This document shows positions 1 to 10,000 of a stretch of DNA of 32,000 bases, piece by piece. The stretch spans positions 1 to 32,000 of the forward strand of contig JALOQF010000014.1 of NCBI GenBank assembly GCA_025459425.1. The letters run 5' to 3'. Every line of letters begins with the position of its first letter. Positions within the stretch are counted from its first letter, which is position 1. A program made the translations under genes and the position numbers. The stretch comes from Myxococcaceae bacterium. GTDB taxonomy: Bacteria; Myxococcota; Myxococcia; Myxococcales; Myxococcaceae. The notes below the pieces were generated by a model, which saw nothing but the letters and a program-made list of their open reading frames with translations, was not told where the DNA came from and ran no database searches.

Positions 1-1827
<1,827 letters not shown>

Positions 1828-1840
1828 GGGGAGTCGGCCT

Positions 1841-2896
1841 TCAGCGAATGGTGAGGGGCTCGAGGCCCGAGAGGCGCTGCGCTACCACCGGCGCGGGAAT
1901 CGCGTGCGGCGCGTGGGCTTTGACGGCGTTGGCGATGGCGGCGATGTGCGCGGGCGTCGAGCCGCAGCAGCCGCCGACGAGGTTGAGCCAGCCCTGCTTC
2001 GCGAAGTCGCCCAGCACGCGCGCCATGTCGTCGGGCGTCTCGTCGTAGCCGCCGAAGGCGTTGGGCAGGCCGGCGTTCGGGTAGCAGCTGACGTGGCACT
2101 CGGCGAGGCCGGCGAGCTCTTCGATGTACGGGCGCATGTCGTTGCCGCCGAGCGCGCAGTTGATGCCCACCGAGAAGGGCTTCGCGTGCCGAATCGACGC
2201 GTAGAACGCCGCGATGGTCTGGCCCGAGAGCGTGCGGCCCGAGCGGTCGGTGATGGTGACCGACACCATGACGGGCACGCGCCGGCCGAGCGCCTCGAAG
2301 ACGCCCTCGATGGCGAAGAGGGCCGCCTTGGCGTTGAGCGTGTCGAAGATGGTCTCGACGAGGAGCGCGTCGACGCCGCCCTCCATCAGCGCGTGCACCT
2401 GCTCGGTGTATGCGGTGACGACCTGCTCCCACGTGACGGCGCGGAAGTCGGGGCGGTTCACGTCGGGAGACAGCGACAGCGTGCGGTTGAGCGGGCCGAT
2501 GGCGCCGGCGACGAAGCACCGGCGCCCCGGCGTCTTCGCCTCGGCCTTCTCGACGGCCCGCTTCGCGCACGCCACGGCGGCGAGGTTCAGCTCGCGCACG
2601 AAGGGCTCGAGCTTGAAGTCGGCCTGGGCGACGGTGGTGGCGCCGAAGGTGTTCGTCTCGATGACGTCGGCGCCGGCCTCGAGGTACTGGGCGTGAATCG
2701 ACTCGATGATGTCGGGCCGGGTGAGGCACAGCACGTCTGAGTTGTTCTTCAGCTCGTGCGGGTGGTCCTTGAAGCGCTCGCCGCGGTAGTCGGCCTCGGT
2801 GGGCTTGTAGGTCTGCACCATCGAGCCCATGGCGCCGTCGAGAATGACGATGCGCTCCTGGAAGAGTCGTTCGAAGGCCTGGCTGCGGGTCGTCAT
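1841..2896 (-). CDS. metH: Methionine synthase MetH, N-terminal polypeptide (homocysteine S-methyltransferase domain only)
   Basis: Track ORF 1841..3007, trimmed to the internal ATG at 2896 ([28 protein letters not shown]...) with GGAG about 9 nt upstream. Hcy-domain hallmarks are present: [18 protein letters not shown] and VGGCCGSTP (Zn-ligand Cys). It ends ...SGLEPLTIR*, which is the interdomain linker position of single-chain MetH. Confidence 0.9.
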   Translation of the reverse strand: MTTRSQAFERLFQERIVILDGAMGSMVQTYKPTEADYRGERFKDHPHELKNNSDVLCLTRPDIIESIHAQYLEAGADVIETNTFGATTVAQADFKLEPFVRELNLAAVACAKRAVEKAEAKTPGRRCFVAGAIGPLNRTLSLSPDVNRPDFRAVTWEQVVTAYTEQVHALMEGGVDALLVETIFDTLNAKAALFAIEGVFEALGRRVPVMVSVTITDRSGRTLSGQTIAAFYASIRHAKPFSVGINCALGGNDMRPYIEELAGLAECHVSCYPNAGLPNAFGGYDETPDDMARVLGDFAKQGWLNLVGGCCGSTPAHIAAIANAVKAHAPHAIPAPVVAQRLSGLEPLTIR

Positions 2897-2918
2897 GGAA
2901 GGCTCCGGTGAAGTGACG

Positions 2919-3848
2919 TCAGGCGCGCGCCTCTTTGGCGGGCCGGCGGGCGGCGCGGGCGGGCCGCGACGCGGTGAGGAGGAACGCGCGGAACGGCGAG
3001 CCGCCATCGCGCGGCGTGGGCGTGAGCTGCAGGTCGACGAAGCCGGCCGCGCGCAGGGCGCTCTCGAGGCCGTGGGGCTCGAAGCCGAGGTGCTGGTGGC
3101 CCAGGCGCGACTTCACCCAGGCCTCCTGGTGCGGCATCAGCTCGAGCACGACGAGCTTGCCGCCAGGGACCAGCACCCGCGCGGCTTCGTGCAGCACCGC
3201 CGCCGGGTCGGCCACGTGGTGGAGGCTCTGCGAGATGACGACGAGGTGCTGGCGGCCCACCGAGCGCGGCAGGGCCTCGAGGTCGCCCTCGACGAAGGTG
3301 ACGTTGTCGCGCTTGTCACGCGCCAGCCGGCCGCGCGCCTGCTCGAGCGCCGCGCCGCTCTTGTCGACGGCGGTGACGTGCCGGGCCCAGCGCGCGAGCT
3401 CGGCCGTCAGCACGCCGGAGCCACACCCGAAGTCGGCCACGTCGAGCTTCGGGAGCAGCGACGACAGCGCCGACGCCCAGAGCAGCCAGGACTGCCCGGG
3501 CTCGAGCAGCTTCTCGTTGAGGGTGTGCCGGTCTTCACGACGGCGGAGCAGCTCGGTCAGGCGCGCCTGGTCGCCGTGGGGGTCGTCGCCCTCCCTCGCC
3601 AGCCGGATGAGCGGCCAGCGTGGGTCCGACGCGTCGACGGCGAGGGAGTAATACGTGTAGCCGCCCTGCCGCTCCTCGCGGATGAGCTCGAGCCCCTTGA
3701 GCTTCGCCAGGTGGTGCGACACCGACGACTGGGCCACGCCGATGAGCGAGACGACTTCCGACACGTTCAGCGTGGCCGAGGCCACCAGCCGCAAGATGCG
3801 CAGCCGCGTCGGGTCTCCCAGGGCGCTGAAGGTCTCGGACAGCTCCAT
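2919..3848 (-). CDS. ArsR-family wHTH fused to a SAM-dependent methyltransferase-fold domain (SahR-like regulator of methionine/SAM-cycle genes)
   Basis: This is the 3' 309 codons of track ORF 2919..5003, starting at MELSETFSALGDPTRLRILRLVASATLNVSEVVSLIGVAQSSVSHHLAKLKGLELI (ArsR/SmtB HTH). That is followed by VADFGCGSGVLTAELA...VLVPGGKLVV (class I MTase motifs I and post-I). It lies 22 nt upstream of the metH N-terminal ORF on the same strand. Confidence 0.8.
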   Translation of the reverse strand: MELSETFSALGDPTRLRILRLVASATLNVSEVVSLIGVAQSSVSHHLAKLKGLELIREERQGGYTYYSLAVDASDPRWPLIRLAREGDDPHGDQARLTELLRRREDRHTLNEKLLEPGQSWLLWASALSSLLPKLDVADFGCGSGVLTAELARWARHVTAVDKSGAALEQARGRLARDKRDNVTFVEGDLEALPRSVGRQHLVVISQSLHHVADPAAVLHEAARVLVPGGKLVVLELMPHQEAWVKSRLGHQHLGFEPHGLESALRAAGFVDLQLTPTPRDGGSPFRAFLLTASRPARAARRPAKEARA

Positions 3849-3874
3849 ATCGACATATCGATGTACGTCGATAC
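3847..3874. promoter_or_regulatory. AT-rich palindromic operator candidate (TATCGA half-sites) abutting the start codon of the SahR-like gene
   Basis: The plus strand reads atatcgacatatcgatgtacgtcgatac. Positions 3856-3873 (tatcgatgtacgtcgata) form TATCGA-N-GTAC-N-TCGATA, with 16 of 18 positions dyad-symmetric. A third TATCGA half-site lies at 3848-3853. The local GC content is far below the window average. Confidence 0.45.
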
Positions 3875-3918
3875 GGGTCGCCGCGCAAGCGTTGATCAGC
3901 CCGGGCGCCCGCTGGTTC

Positions 3919-5133
3919 TCAGACGACGGGCGCGAGGGCGGCTCCTGGCTCGTGGCGCACGAACGCGCGGCGGCTCCACAGGTGGAGCAGCACCACGACG
4001 CCCACCGCTGCCGCGGCACCGAACAGTGGAAGCGGTTGAAGCGCGGCGAGGACCAGGACGGCCGCTGCTCGAACCACCTGGGTCCGAAACGACGCGGTCC
4101 AATCACCGAACGCGGTGAGCGCTCCCGCGGGGCTGAGCTTGAAGAACAGGAGGGCCAGCGGCAACCCGACGCCCGGGAGCAGCCCCGCCGCCGCGAACAC
4201 GGGCACCAGCACGGCCACCCGACGGTCGACGGAGTGCACGAAGGCCGTGCGCTCGGCGGACGAATTCCACGGTGGGTTGCCGCACGACGCACAGACGCGA
4301 CGTGGGTCACGCCCGAGGCGCTCGGCACACGAGGGACAGCGATGCGCGAGCAGGAGTCCGAGTCGATGTCTGGCGTCGTCGTCTGGAGCTCCGCTGACAG
4401 GGCGGCCCCACGGCGCCAGTCGCGCGGGACTGCGCCCGTGGCGACAGGAAGGACAGGTCGAGGCGGCTCGGTGAACCGACGCCCCGCAGGCCTCGCACGC
4501 GGTGCGGCTGCCCTCGATGAACCGTCGCAGCAGCACCACCAGCACGAGCAAGCCCACGAGCGATGCCAGGGCCAGCCCCGCACCGACCAACGGAAACGTG
4601 AGGGCCAGGGCGAGCCCACACACCACCCACCAACACTCCGCGAGGAACAGCACCCGGCCGAGTCCGCCCGTGCCCGAGACCGGAAGGCCGTCGAACAACG
4701 ACCCCAGACGACCGCGCAGCCTGGCGAACGCCCAGGCCAGGACCGCGACGAGCACCAGCTTCCACGCGTCGCCCGACACACCCGCGAGGGCGAAACCGGT
4801 TCGTTCGAGCGCGCGCTGCCCCAGCATGCCGAGCGTACTCGCCGCGAAGAGGACCGAGAGGGTGATGGCGACCACCTCGTGGAGTCGTCGCTCCAGTTCG
4901 CGCGAGAGTTCGACCAGCTCGTACGCCAGGTCACGGACACGCTCCGCCAGCACCTGAAGCACCACCCCGAGCACCCCAGCCAGGAGCGACACCGCAAAGC
5001 CACCGACGTCCCAGGTCCCGCGGTCCCAGGCGAGCCGCAGGCCCATCAGCATCGCCAGCAACCCCGCCGCCAGAAGCGGGCGGCCCGCGAGAAATGGAAC
5101 GACCGCAAGGCTCAACGCGAGGGTCTGCGTCAT
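3919..5133 (-). CDS. Polytopic membrane protein with a central double zinc-ribbon (hypothetical)
   Basis: Track ORF of 404 aa. It has several hydrophobic helices on both sides of the segment CEAC...CPSC...CPSC...CASC (two CxxC-Nn-CxxC ribbons). Codon third positions are G/C-rich across the whole ORF. It sits 70 nt upstream of the SahR-like gene on the same strand. Confidence 0.65.
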   Translation of the reverse strand: MTQTLALSLAVVPFLAGRPLLAAGLLAMLMGLRLAWDRGTWDVGGFAVSLLAGVLGVVLQVLAERVRDLAYELVELSRELERRLHEVVAITLSVLFAASTLGMLGQRALERTGFALAGVSGDAWKLVLVAVLAWAFARLRGRLGSLFDGLPVSGTGGLGRVLFLAECWWVVCGLALALTFPLVGAGLALASLVGLLVLVVLLRRFIEGSRTACEACGASVHRAASTCPSCRHGRSPARLAPWGRPVSGAPDDDARHRLGLLLAHRCPSCAERLGRDPRRVCASCGNPPWNSSAERTAFVHSVDRRVAVLVPVFAAAGLLPGVGLPLALLFFKLSPAGALTAFGDWTASFRTQVVRAAAVLVLAALQPLPLFGAAAAVGVVVLLHLWSRRAFVRHEPGAALAPVV

Positions 5134-5170
5134 GGTTGGCTTCGGACGTGACGGCTGCCGGTGGATTCAG

Positions 5171-5252
5171 CCTGAAATCCGAGGGTTGGCCCGCGCCCCA
5201 GCCTCCTGGAACGCGGCCTTCAAGCGCGATGGGGGCGACCTGAAATCCGAGG
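5171..5252. repeat. Two exact copies of the 14-mer CCTGAAATCCGAGG, 68 bp apart, in the intergenic region upstream of the 3919..5133 gene
   Basis: The copies are at 5171-5184 and 5239-5252. Copy 2 lies in the hairpin CCTGAA(5239-5244)/TTCAGG(5253-5258). Copy 1 lies in the imperfect palindrome GGATTCAGCCTGAAATCC (5163-5180). Confidence 0.5.
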
Positions 5253-5336
5253 TTCAGGGCTGGTGCAAACGGGGCCCGCCTTCCTCTGTGGCCTCGGCGA
5301 CCTGCCCCACGCTGCCGCTCGAGCTTCGATGCGCGC

Positions 5337-5906
5337 TCACTGCGCCTTCACACACTTCGCCGTGTCGGCCCCCGTGTGCGCGCACGCCTCGCCCTCGCGG
5401 CAGCACTGGTCCATGCACTGGCGATGGGCGCAGCGACACCGGCCGGCGGCGAGGTCGGAGCCAGCACAGTCGTCGCTCTGGGGAACCCCGGCATCGAGTG
5501 ACTCACGCGCGACGTTCTCGGCGGCCCGGTCGATGGCGCGGTTCACCTGCTTGCAGTCGAGCACCGACCATTCAGCGCGGTACCTCGAGAGCAGGGCGTC
5601 TCGCTCGACGGGGTCGACCTTCTCCTGCTCGAGCTTCTTCCGCAGGTGCACGAGCTCGGCCTCGAGCTGCTCTCCGCGCGAGCACGCCAGCGTGCGGGCA
5701 TCGAAGGCTTTGCACTCGACGATCCACTTCTGGCCCAGGCGCTCGGCCGCGTTGGGGAACTGGCGGAAGAACGGCGGCAGCTCGCCCTTCACCTCGCGCG
5801 CGAGCCACGCCTTCCAGACGCCAGGCCAGAGTTGGTCGCACGACAGCGGAGCGGCCGAGAGGACGAGCGAGAGCATCAGCGACATGTGGGCAGTGTGCTC
5901 GGCCAC
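5337..5906 (-). CDS. Secreted hypothetical protein with a Cys-rich C-terminus (possible lipoprotein)
   Basis: Track ORF of 189 aa. The signal-like sequence MSLMLSLVLSAAPLSC suggests the true start may be the ATG at 5885. A coiled-coil-like middle section is followed by the C-terminal CAGSDLAAGRCRCAHRQCMDQCCREGEACAHTGADTAKC. GC3 is very high in this frame. Confidence 0.6.
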   Translation of the reverse strand: MAEHTAHMSLMLSLVLSAAPLSCDQLWPGVWKAWLAREVKGELPPFFRQFPNAAERLGQKWIVECKAFDARTLACSRGEQLEAELVHLRKKLEQEKVDPVERDALLSRYRAEWSVLDCKQVNRAIDRAAENVARESLDAGVPQSDDCAGSDLAAGRCRCAHRQCMDQCCREGEACAHTGADTAKCVKAQ

Positions 5907-5942
5907 GGGTCGCGCTGCACGAGTGAACCAGGTGAGCCCTGC

Positions 5943-6398
5943 TCAAAACGTCACGCCCGACAGCGTCACCACGCCGCCGTTGTTCCCTTCCAGCAGCCGG
6001 AACCCGATGCGCGTCGGCCGCACGCTGGTGACCGCGCCCTCTTCGGCCCCCGGCTCGTCGAGCTCGAGCGCCAGCAGCGCACACCCGACGCTCTGGAGCG
6101 ACAGGCTCATCGCGCTCAACGCCACCCGTGCCTGCCAACCAGCCTGGCGATGGTGCGTCTCCATCAGCATCACGCTCATGGGGCCCAGCAACGGCACCTC
6201 GCTGGCGACGAGGTCGAAGCGGCCGAAGAGCGGCGTGACGGCGCCGAGCTCGGACGAGCGGTCGAGCCACGGCCGGCCACCACCCGCCGCGAAGCCCGCC
6301 TCGCCCGCCACGAGGAACACGTCTCCGAGGCTGACCGTCTTCGCTGGGGCCGTGACGGGCATGGCGGCGAGGGCGGCGGTGAGCAGGAGCGAAACCAT
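5943..6398 (-). CDS. Small secreted hypothetical protein
   Basis: Track ORF of 151 aa with the N-terminal signal-like sequence MVSLLLTAALAAMPVTAPA. It ends in ...LSGVTF (terminal Phe). The frame is GC3-rich. I recognise no family. Confidence 0.55.
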   Translation of the reverse strand: MVSLLLTAALAAMPVTAPAKTVSLGDVFLVAGEAGFAAGGGRPWLDRSSELGAVTPLFGRFDLVASEVPLLGPMSVMLMETHHRQAGWQARVALSAMSLSLQSVGCALLALELDEPGAEEGAVTSVRPTRIGFRLLEGNNGGVVTLSGVTF

Positions 6399-6432
6399 GG
6401 CCGCGAGCAGAGCAAGCCGTCGGCCACCCGCA

Positions 6433-6473
6433 GTTCAAGGGGTTGAACGTTCGGACTGTGCAACGGGTTGCAC
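6433..6473. promoter_or_regulatory. Two adjacent inverted repeats in an intergenic GC dip (operator or hairpin candidates)
   Basis: The repeats are GTTCAA-GGGG-TTGAAC (6433-6448) and GTGCAAC-GG-GTTGCAC (6458-6473). They lie between the stop of ORF 6617..6844 and the start of ORF 5943..6398, both on the minus strand. Confidence 0.3.
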
Positions 6474-6616
6474 ACCCTGCCCGTTTCCCCGCTGCGCCTT
6501 GCACACGTCGGGAGCGACGCGCCGGCGTCGACACGGGCTCACGAGCTTCGACGAACCGACCTGCCAGGCGTCGGAGCGGTCCAGGCCGTCCATCGCCTCA
6601 GCCCGCGCCTCGAGGC

Positions 6617-6844
6617 TCAATGGGGCGTGAACACATACGAGCCGCTGACCGGCTCGGGGAGCAACACCGTGGCCGTGGTGAACCCGGCCGTGACGAAGAA
6701 CGACCCGTTCGCGAGCCGCGCTGCGGCCTCCTGGCCGCAGAGCCCCATTCGTTCGACGTTGGAAGGCACAGCCAAGGATTCGAGCACACACGCCGAGCCG
6801 AAGAGGAGCGAGCTGAGGAGCACCGAGCAGACGGTTCCGCGCAT
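6617..6844 (-). CDS. Small putative lipoprotein (75 aa)
   Basis: Track ORF beginning MRGTVCSVLLSSLLFGSAC|V, with a lipobox-like FGSAC. About 87% of third positions are G/C in this frame. The antisense track ORFs 6443..6910 and 6468..6926 lack such features. Confidence 0.5.
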   Translation of the reverse strand: MRGTVCSVLLSSLLFGSACVLESLAVPSNVERMGLCGQEAAARLANGSFFVTAGFTTATVLLPEPVSGSYVFTPH

Positions 6845-6973
6845 TCGCGCCGCCTACCACGGCGAGGCCGGCGTCAGACATGTGGGAAAGGCCAGCACGC
6901 GCCCGAGTGAAGAAGCCATCGGGTGAGTCACCGTCAAAGGGTGGTGTCCGCCGTGGACGTATTCCCCCGTGAG

Positions 6974-7072
6974 TGGAGGAATCCGGAGTCGAACCGGTTG
7001 CGTGGGCGTGTGGGGCCTCGTCGGCCGGGCGCGTGCTGGTGCGCCGCACGTCGCGCGTGAGACGAGATTCCT
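6974..7072 (-). other. tRNA-like (selC-like?) remnant or structured element; not a convincing functional tRNA
   Basis: The minus strand carries a canonical T-arm, CCGG-TTCGACT-CCGG (plus-strand ggagtcgaacc at 6985-6995), followed by ATTCCTCCA. A 7-bp terminal pairing AGGAATC (7072-7066) with GATTCCT encloses about 96 nt. I cannot build a D-arm or a 7-nt anticodon loop. Confidence 0.25.
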
Positions 7073-7098
7073 GACCGGGCACCCGCTACCGTGTCCTC

Positions 7099-10000
7099 AT
7101 GCGCAAGGTCGTCCTCGTCGCTGGAGCGCTCCTCACCGCCTGCCTGGACGTCACCGTGCCGCAGCCGCCACCTCCGGCGGGCCCCGGTTCGCTGCAGGGC
7201 ACCGTGGTGTATTCCGTGCCCGGCCGCACCGGCCTTCGGCCCGCGGGCGGCGCCACCGTCACCCTCGTCGGCACGTCGCGGCGAGCCACCGCCGACGCCG
7301 AGACCGGCCGCTTCGAGCTCGACGGGCTGACGCGCAGCACGGGCCAGGTCCTCTTCACCTTCGACGCCACCGGTGATGGCGTGATCGACCGCCAGAGGGT
7401 GCTCGAGCTCTCGTCCGTCGGCGCGGGCCGCGGGAAGACCATCGCGCTGGGCGACGTGGCGCTGGGTCGCAATGGCTCCGTCGTCGGCACCGTGCTGCGC
7501 GGTGACGTCGTCGGGCCGAGTGGGCATGCAGGCACCGCCGTCTTCGTCGCCGGCCTGCCCATCGCCACCGCCACCAGCGACCGCGGCGAGTTCGTGCTCG
7601 AGAACCTGCCCGAGGGCCGGGTGACGGTGTCGTTCTTCCGCGCGGGCTACCTCGCCGAGACGGCCGACCTCGAGGTGCGCTCCGGCCAGGAGTCACAGGC
7701 CGCCACCGTTCGGCTCCAGGTCGACCCGGCGGCCTCGTCGGCCGCGCCCGCGCGCCTCACCGGCACCCTGCGCTTCGAAGACGACTCGCCCGTCGCCAAC
7801 GCGCGCCTCCTGCTCGTCTCGGGGGCGCTGCGCCTCACCAGCACCACCGGGCCCACCGGCGCCTTCACCGTCGAGGCGAGCCAGGCCGCGCTCTTCCAGG
7901 TGGGCATCGAGGCCGAGGGCGCGCAGAGCCTCGTCCTCTCCAACGTGCTGCTGTTGCCCGGCACCACCGACCTCGGCGTCCTGGCCCTCACGCGCGGCAC
8001 CTCGACGCCCATCGACTTCGACGGCGGCTTCAACCCGGGCACGCCCGACGCGGGCCCCTCCGTCATCGCCGTCATCGACCCGCCGGTGCTCGACGTCGTG
8101 CCGGGCGGCACCGGCACCCTCTCGAGCGCGCGCTCGACCGGCACCCGGCCCCTCACCTCGCGCTGGCGCACCCGGCAGGACGGCGGCCTCGAGCTGCTGT
8201 TCGCCACCCCCATCACCACCGGCGCGCTCAGCACCTTCACCGCGCCCGACGCCTCGGGCCTGTTCTCCGTCGGCCTCGAGGTCATCGACGTGAGCGGCAC
8301 GGTGAGCGCCGAGGCGAGCGCGCTGGTGCGCGTGGGCCGCGCCCCGACGGTCTCGCTGACGCCATCGACCATGCAGGTGCAGTCGGGCGACCAGGTGACG
8401 CTCACTGCCACCCCGCAGTCCGAAGACGGCCGGCCCATCAGCGAGTTCCGCTGGAGCCAGGTGACGGGCCCCGCGGTGCCCGCCGTGGCGACTGAAACCG
8501 GCGCGACGCTCACCTTCACCGTGCCGCCCGTGCCGGGCCTCATCCCCATGACGTTCGAGGTTCGGGCGCGCACCGACCTCGGCTTCGAGAGCGCTCCAGC
8601 CGGCGTGACGCTCCAGGTGCAGCCGCGGGGCGCGCCGCGGCTCACCATCACCACGATGTCCACCCCCGTGACGTGGACGGGAGGCCCCCGCCCCATCGTG
8701 CGGCTCAGCGCGACGCTCTCGGGCGCGGCACCGCAAGACACCGTCAGCTTCGCGTGGTCGCCCGCGGTGCAGTTCGCCTGCCCGCTCTCCGACGGCGGCT
8801 CCGACGCCACCTGCCCCCTCGCCGTGGTGCTCTCGGACGTGACAGGCCCGACGACGGAGTTCTTCGCGCCCGCGGTGTCGGGCGACCAGTCGGTGCGCTT
8901 CACGGCGACGGCCCGGGGCTCCGATGGTGGTGTGCTGGCGACCGAGGCCGTCGACGTGACGGTGCTCGACCGCCGGCCGCCGAGCTGTCGCGCCAACCTG
9001 ACGCGGCTCGCGCTGCGCGTGCAGTGCGACGAGGCGCTCGCGAGCGGCCCGATGCTCGACGGAGGCCCCAACACGCCACCCCACAGCGTCGAGGTCGACG
9101 GTGGCCTCGCCCTGTTTCTCTTCGAGACGTTCCCCGCCGGCCCCCTGACGCTCTCGGTGTCGGGTATCGCCGACAAGGCCAACAACCCGCCCGCCGCCCC
9201 CATCACGATTCCATCGAACGTGGGCCTCGACGTGTCCTCGGTGTTCGCCGCCGGCGGCACCTCGGTGGCGAACCCGCGGCCCACGTGGGTGTCCGGCTCC
9301 GCGTCGCAGGGCGCACCGGCCCGCCGCTTCGTCATCGGCCGCGCCACCACGGCGACCAACCGCCAGGTGTGGCTGTGGGACCCCGAGAACACGTGCAGCC
9401 TGCTGCCCTGCCAGCAGTTCACCCTCAGCATTCCGCTCCCCGGCGCCGAGCCCGGCCCGTCCCTCGGCGCCGTGGTGGCGGGCTCACGCACGTACCTCAT
9501 CACCTCGCGCACCAACCCCAACGCGCTCGTCGAGTTCAGCAACGGCACGGCGCGCGAGTTCCTGCCCACGACGATGCCGCCGCTGGTGGGCCTGTCGGCC
9601 ATCGGCGACGACCTGTGGGTGCTGTCGACCGACGGCGGCCCGTTGACCCGTCAGCGCCTCATCGGCACTGCGTCTGACGGCGGCACCCTCGCGCCACCGG
9701 AGCTGGTGAACGACGAGTTCAACGGTGCCCTCGCCGACGTCTTCGCGAGCCCCGACGGGCAACAGGTGGCCGCGGGCCTCGTGGACGACTTCTCAGTCTT
9801 CCGCTTCCGGCAGTTCGACGGCGCCTCGCAGCAGTGGGGCGTCGCGGGAGAGCTCGCCCTGCCCAGCGCTGCGACCGTCGTGGGAACCCGCGGCGCCTTC
9901 CTCGGGCCTTCACCTGGCCGGCCGGTGTGGGTGACGGCCGAGTCGGGCGGCGCCCTGCGCGCGTCGTTCGAGCTGCCCGGCACCCCGCCCATGGCGACCT

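Noticed and set aside
2897-3007. N-terminal 37-codon extension of ORF 1841..3007 (MAARRSARSSSPRRGPPAPPAG...)
   Set aside because: The extension is Arg/Pro-rich and overlaps the 3' end of the SahR-like gene. The internal ATG at 2896 has a GGAG upstream and starts exactly where MetH homology begins.
3849-5003. Upstream 385 codons of track ORF 2919..5003 (694 aa), and the plus-strand ORFs 2829..4118 and 3682..5151
   Set aside because: These are Trp/Cys/Arg/Ser-rich nonsense overlapping the well-supported membrane-protein frame 3919..5133. ArsR homology starts at the ATG at 3848.
5134-5336. Possible SAH/SAM riboswitch upstream of the sahR-metH gene string (CCGAGG- and GGCTC-like strings caught my eye)
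   Set aside because: The CCGAGG-containing strings read correctly only on the plus strand, which has no downstream gene. On the transcribed minus strand I cannot assemble the SAH-riboswitch helices or pseudoknot from memory. I kept this only as a repeat/hairpin observation.
6974-7072. An intact tRNA or tRNA-Sec gene
   Set aside because: The T-arm and terminal pairing are good, but there is no D-arm with GG and no 7-nt anticodon loop (no UCA). The acceptor and T stems overlap. I report it as a remnant or tRNA-like element only.
7647-9602. Antisense ORFs 7647..9602 (651 aa) and 7693..9084 (463 aa), plus other frames inside the large lipoprotein gene
   Set aside because: Their composition is low-complexity (Arg/Gly/Ala/Ser/Pro) with no motifs. 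The plus-strand frame has a lipoprotein signal and repeated recognisable domains.
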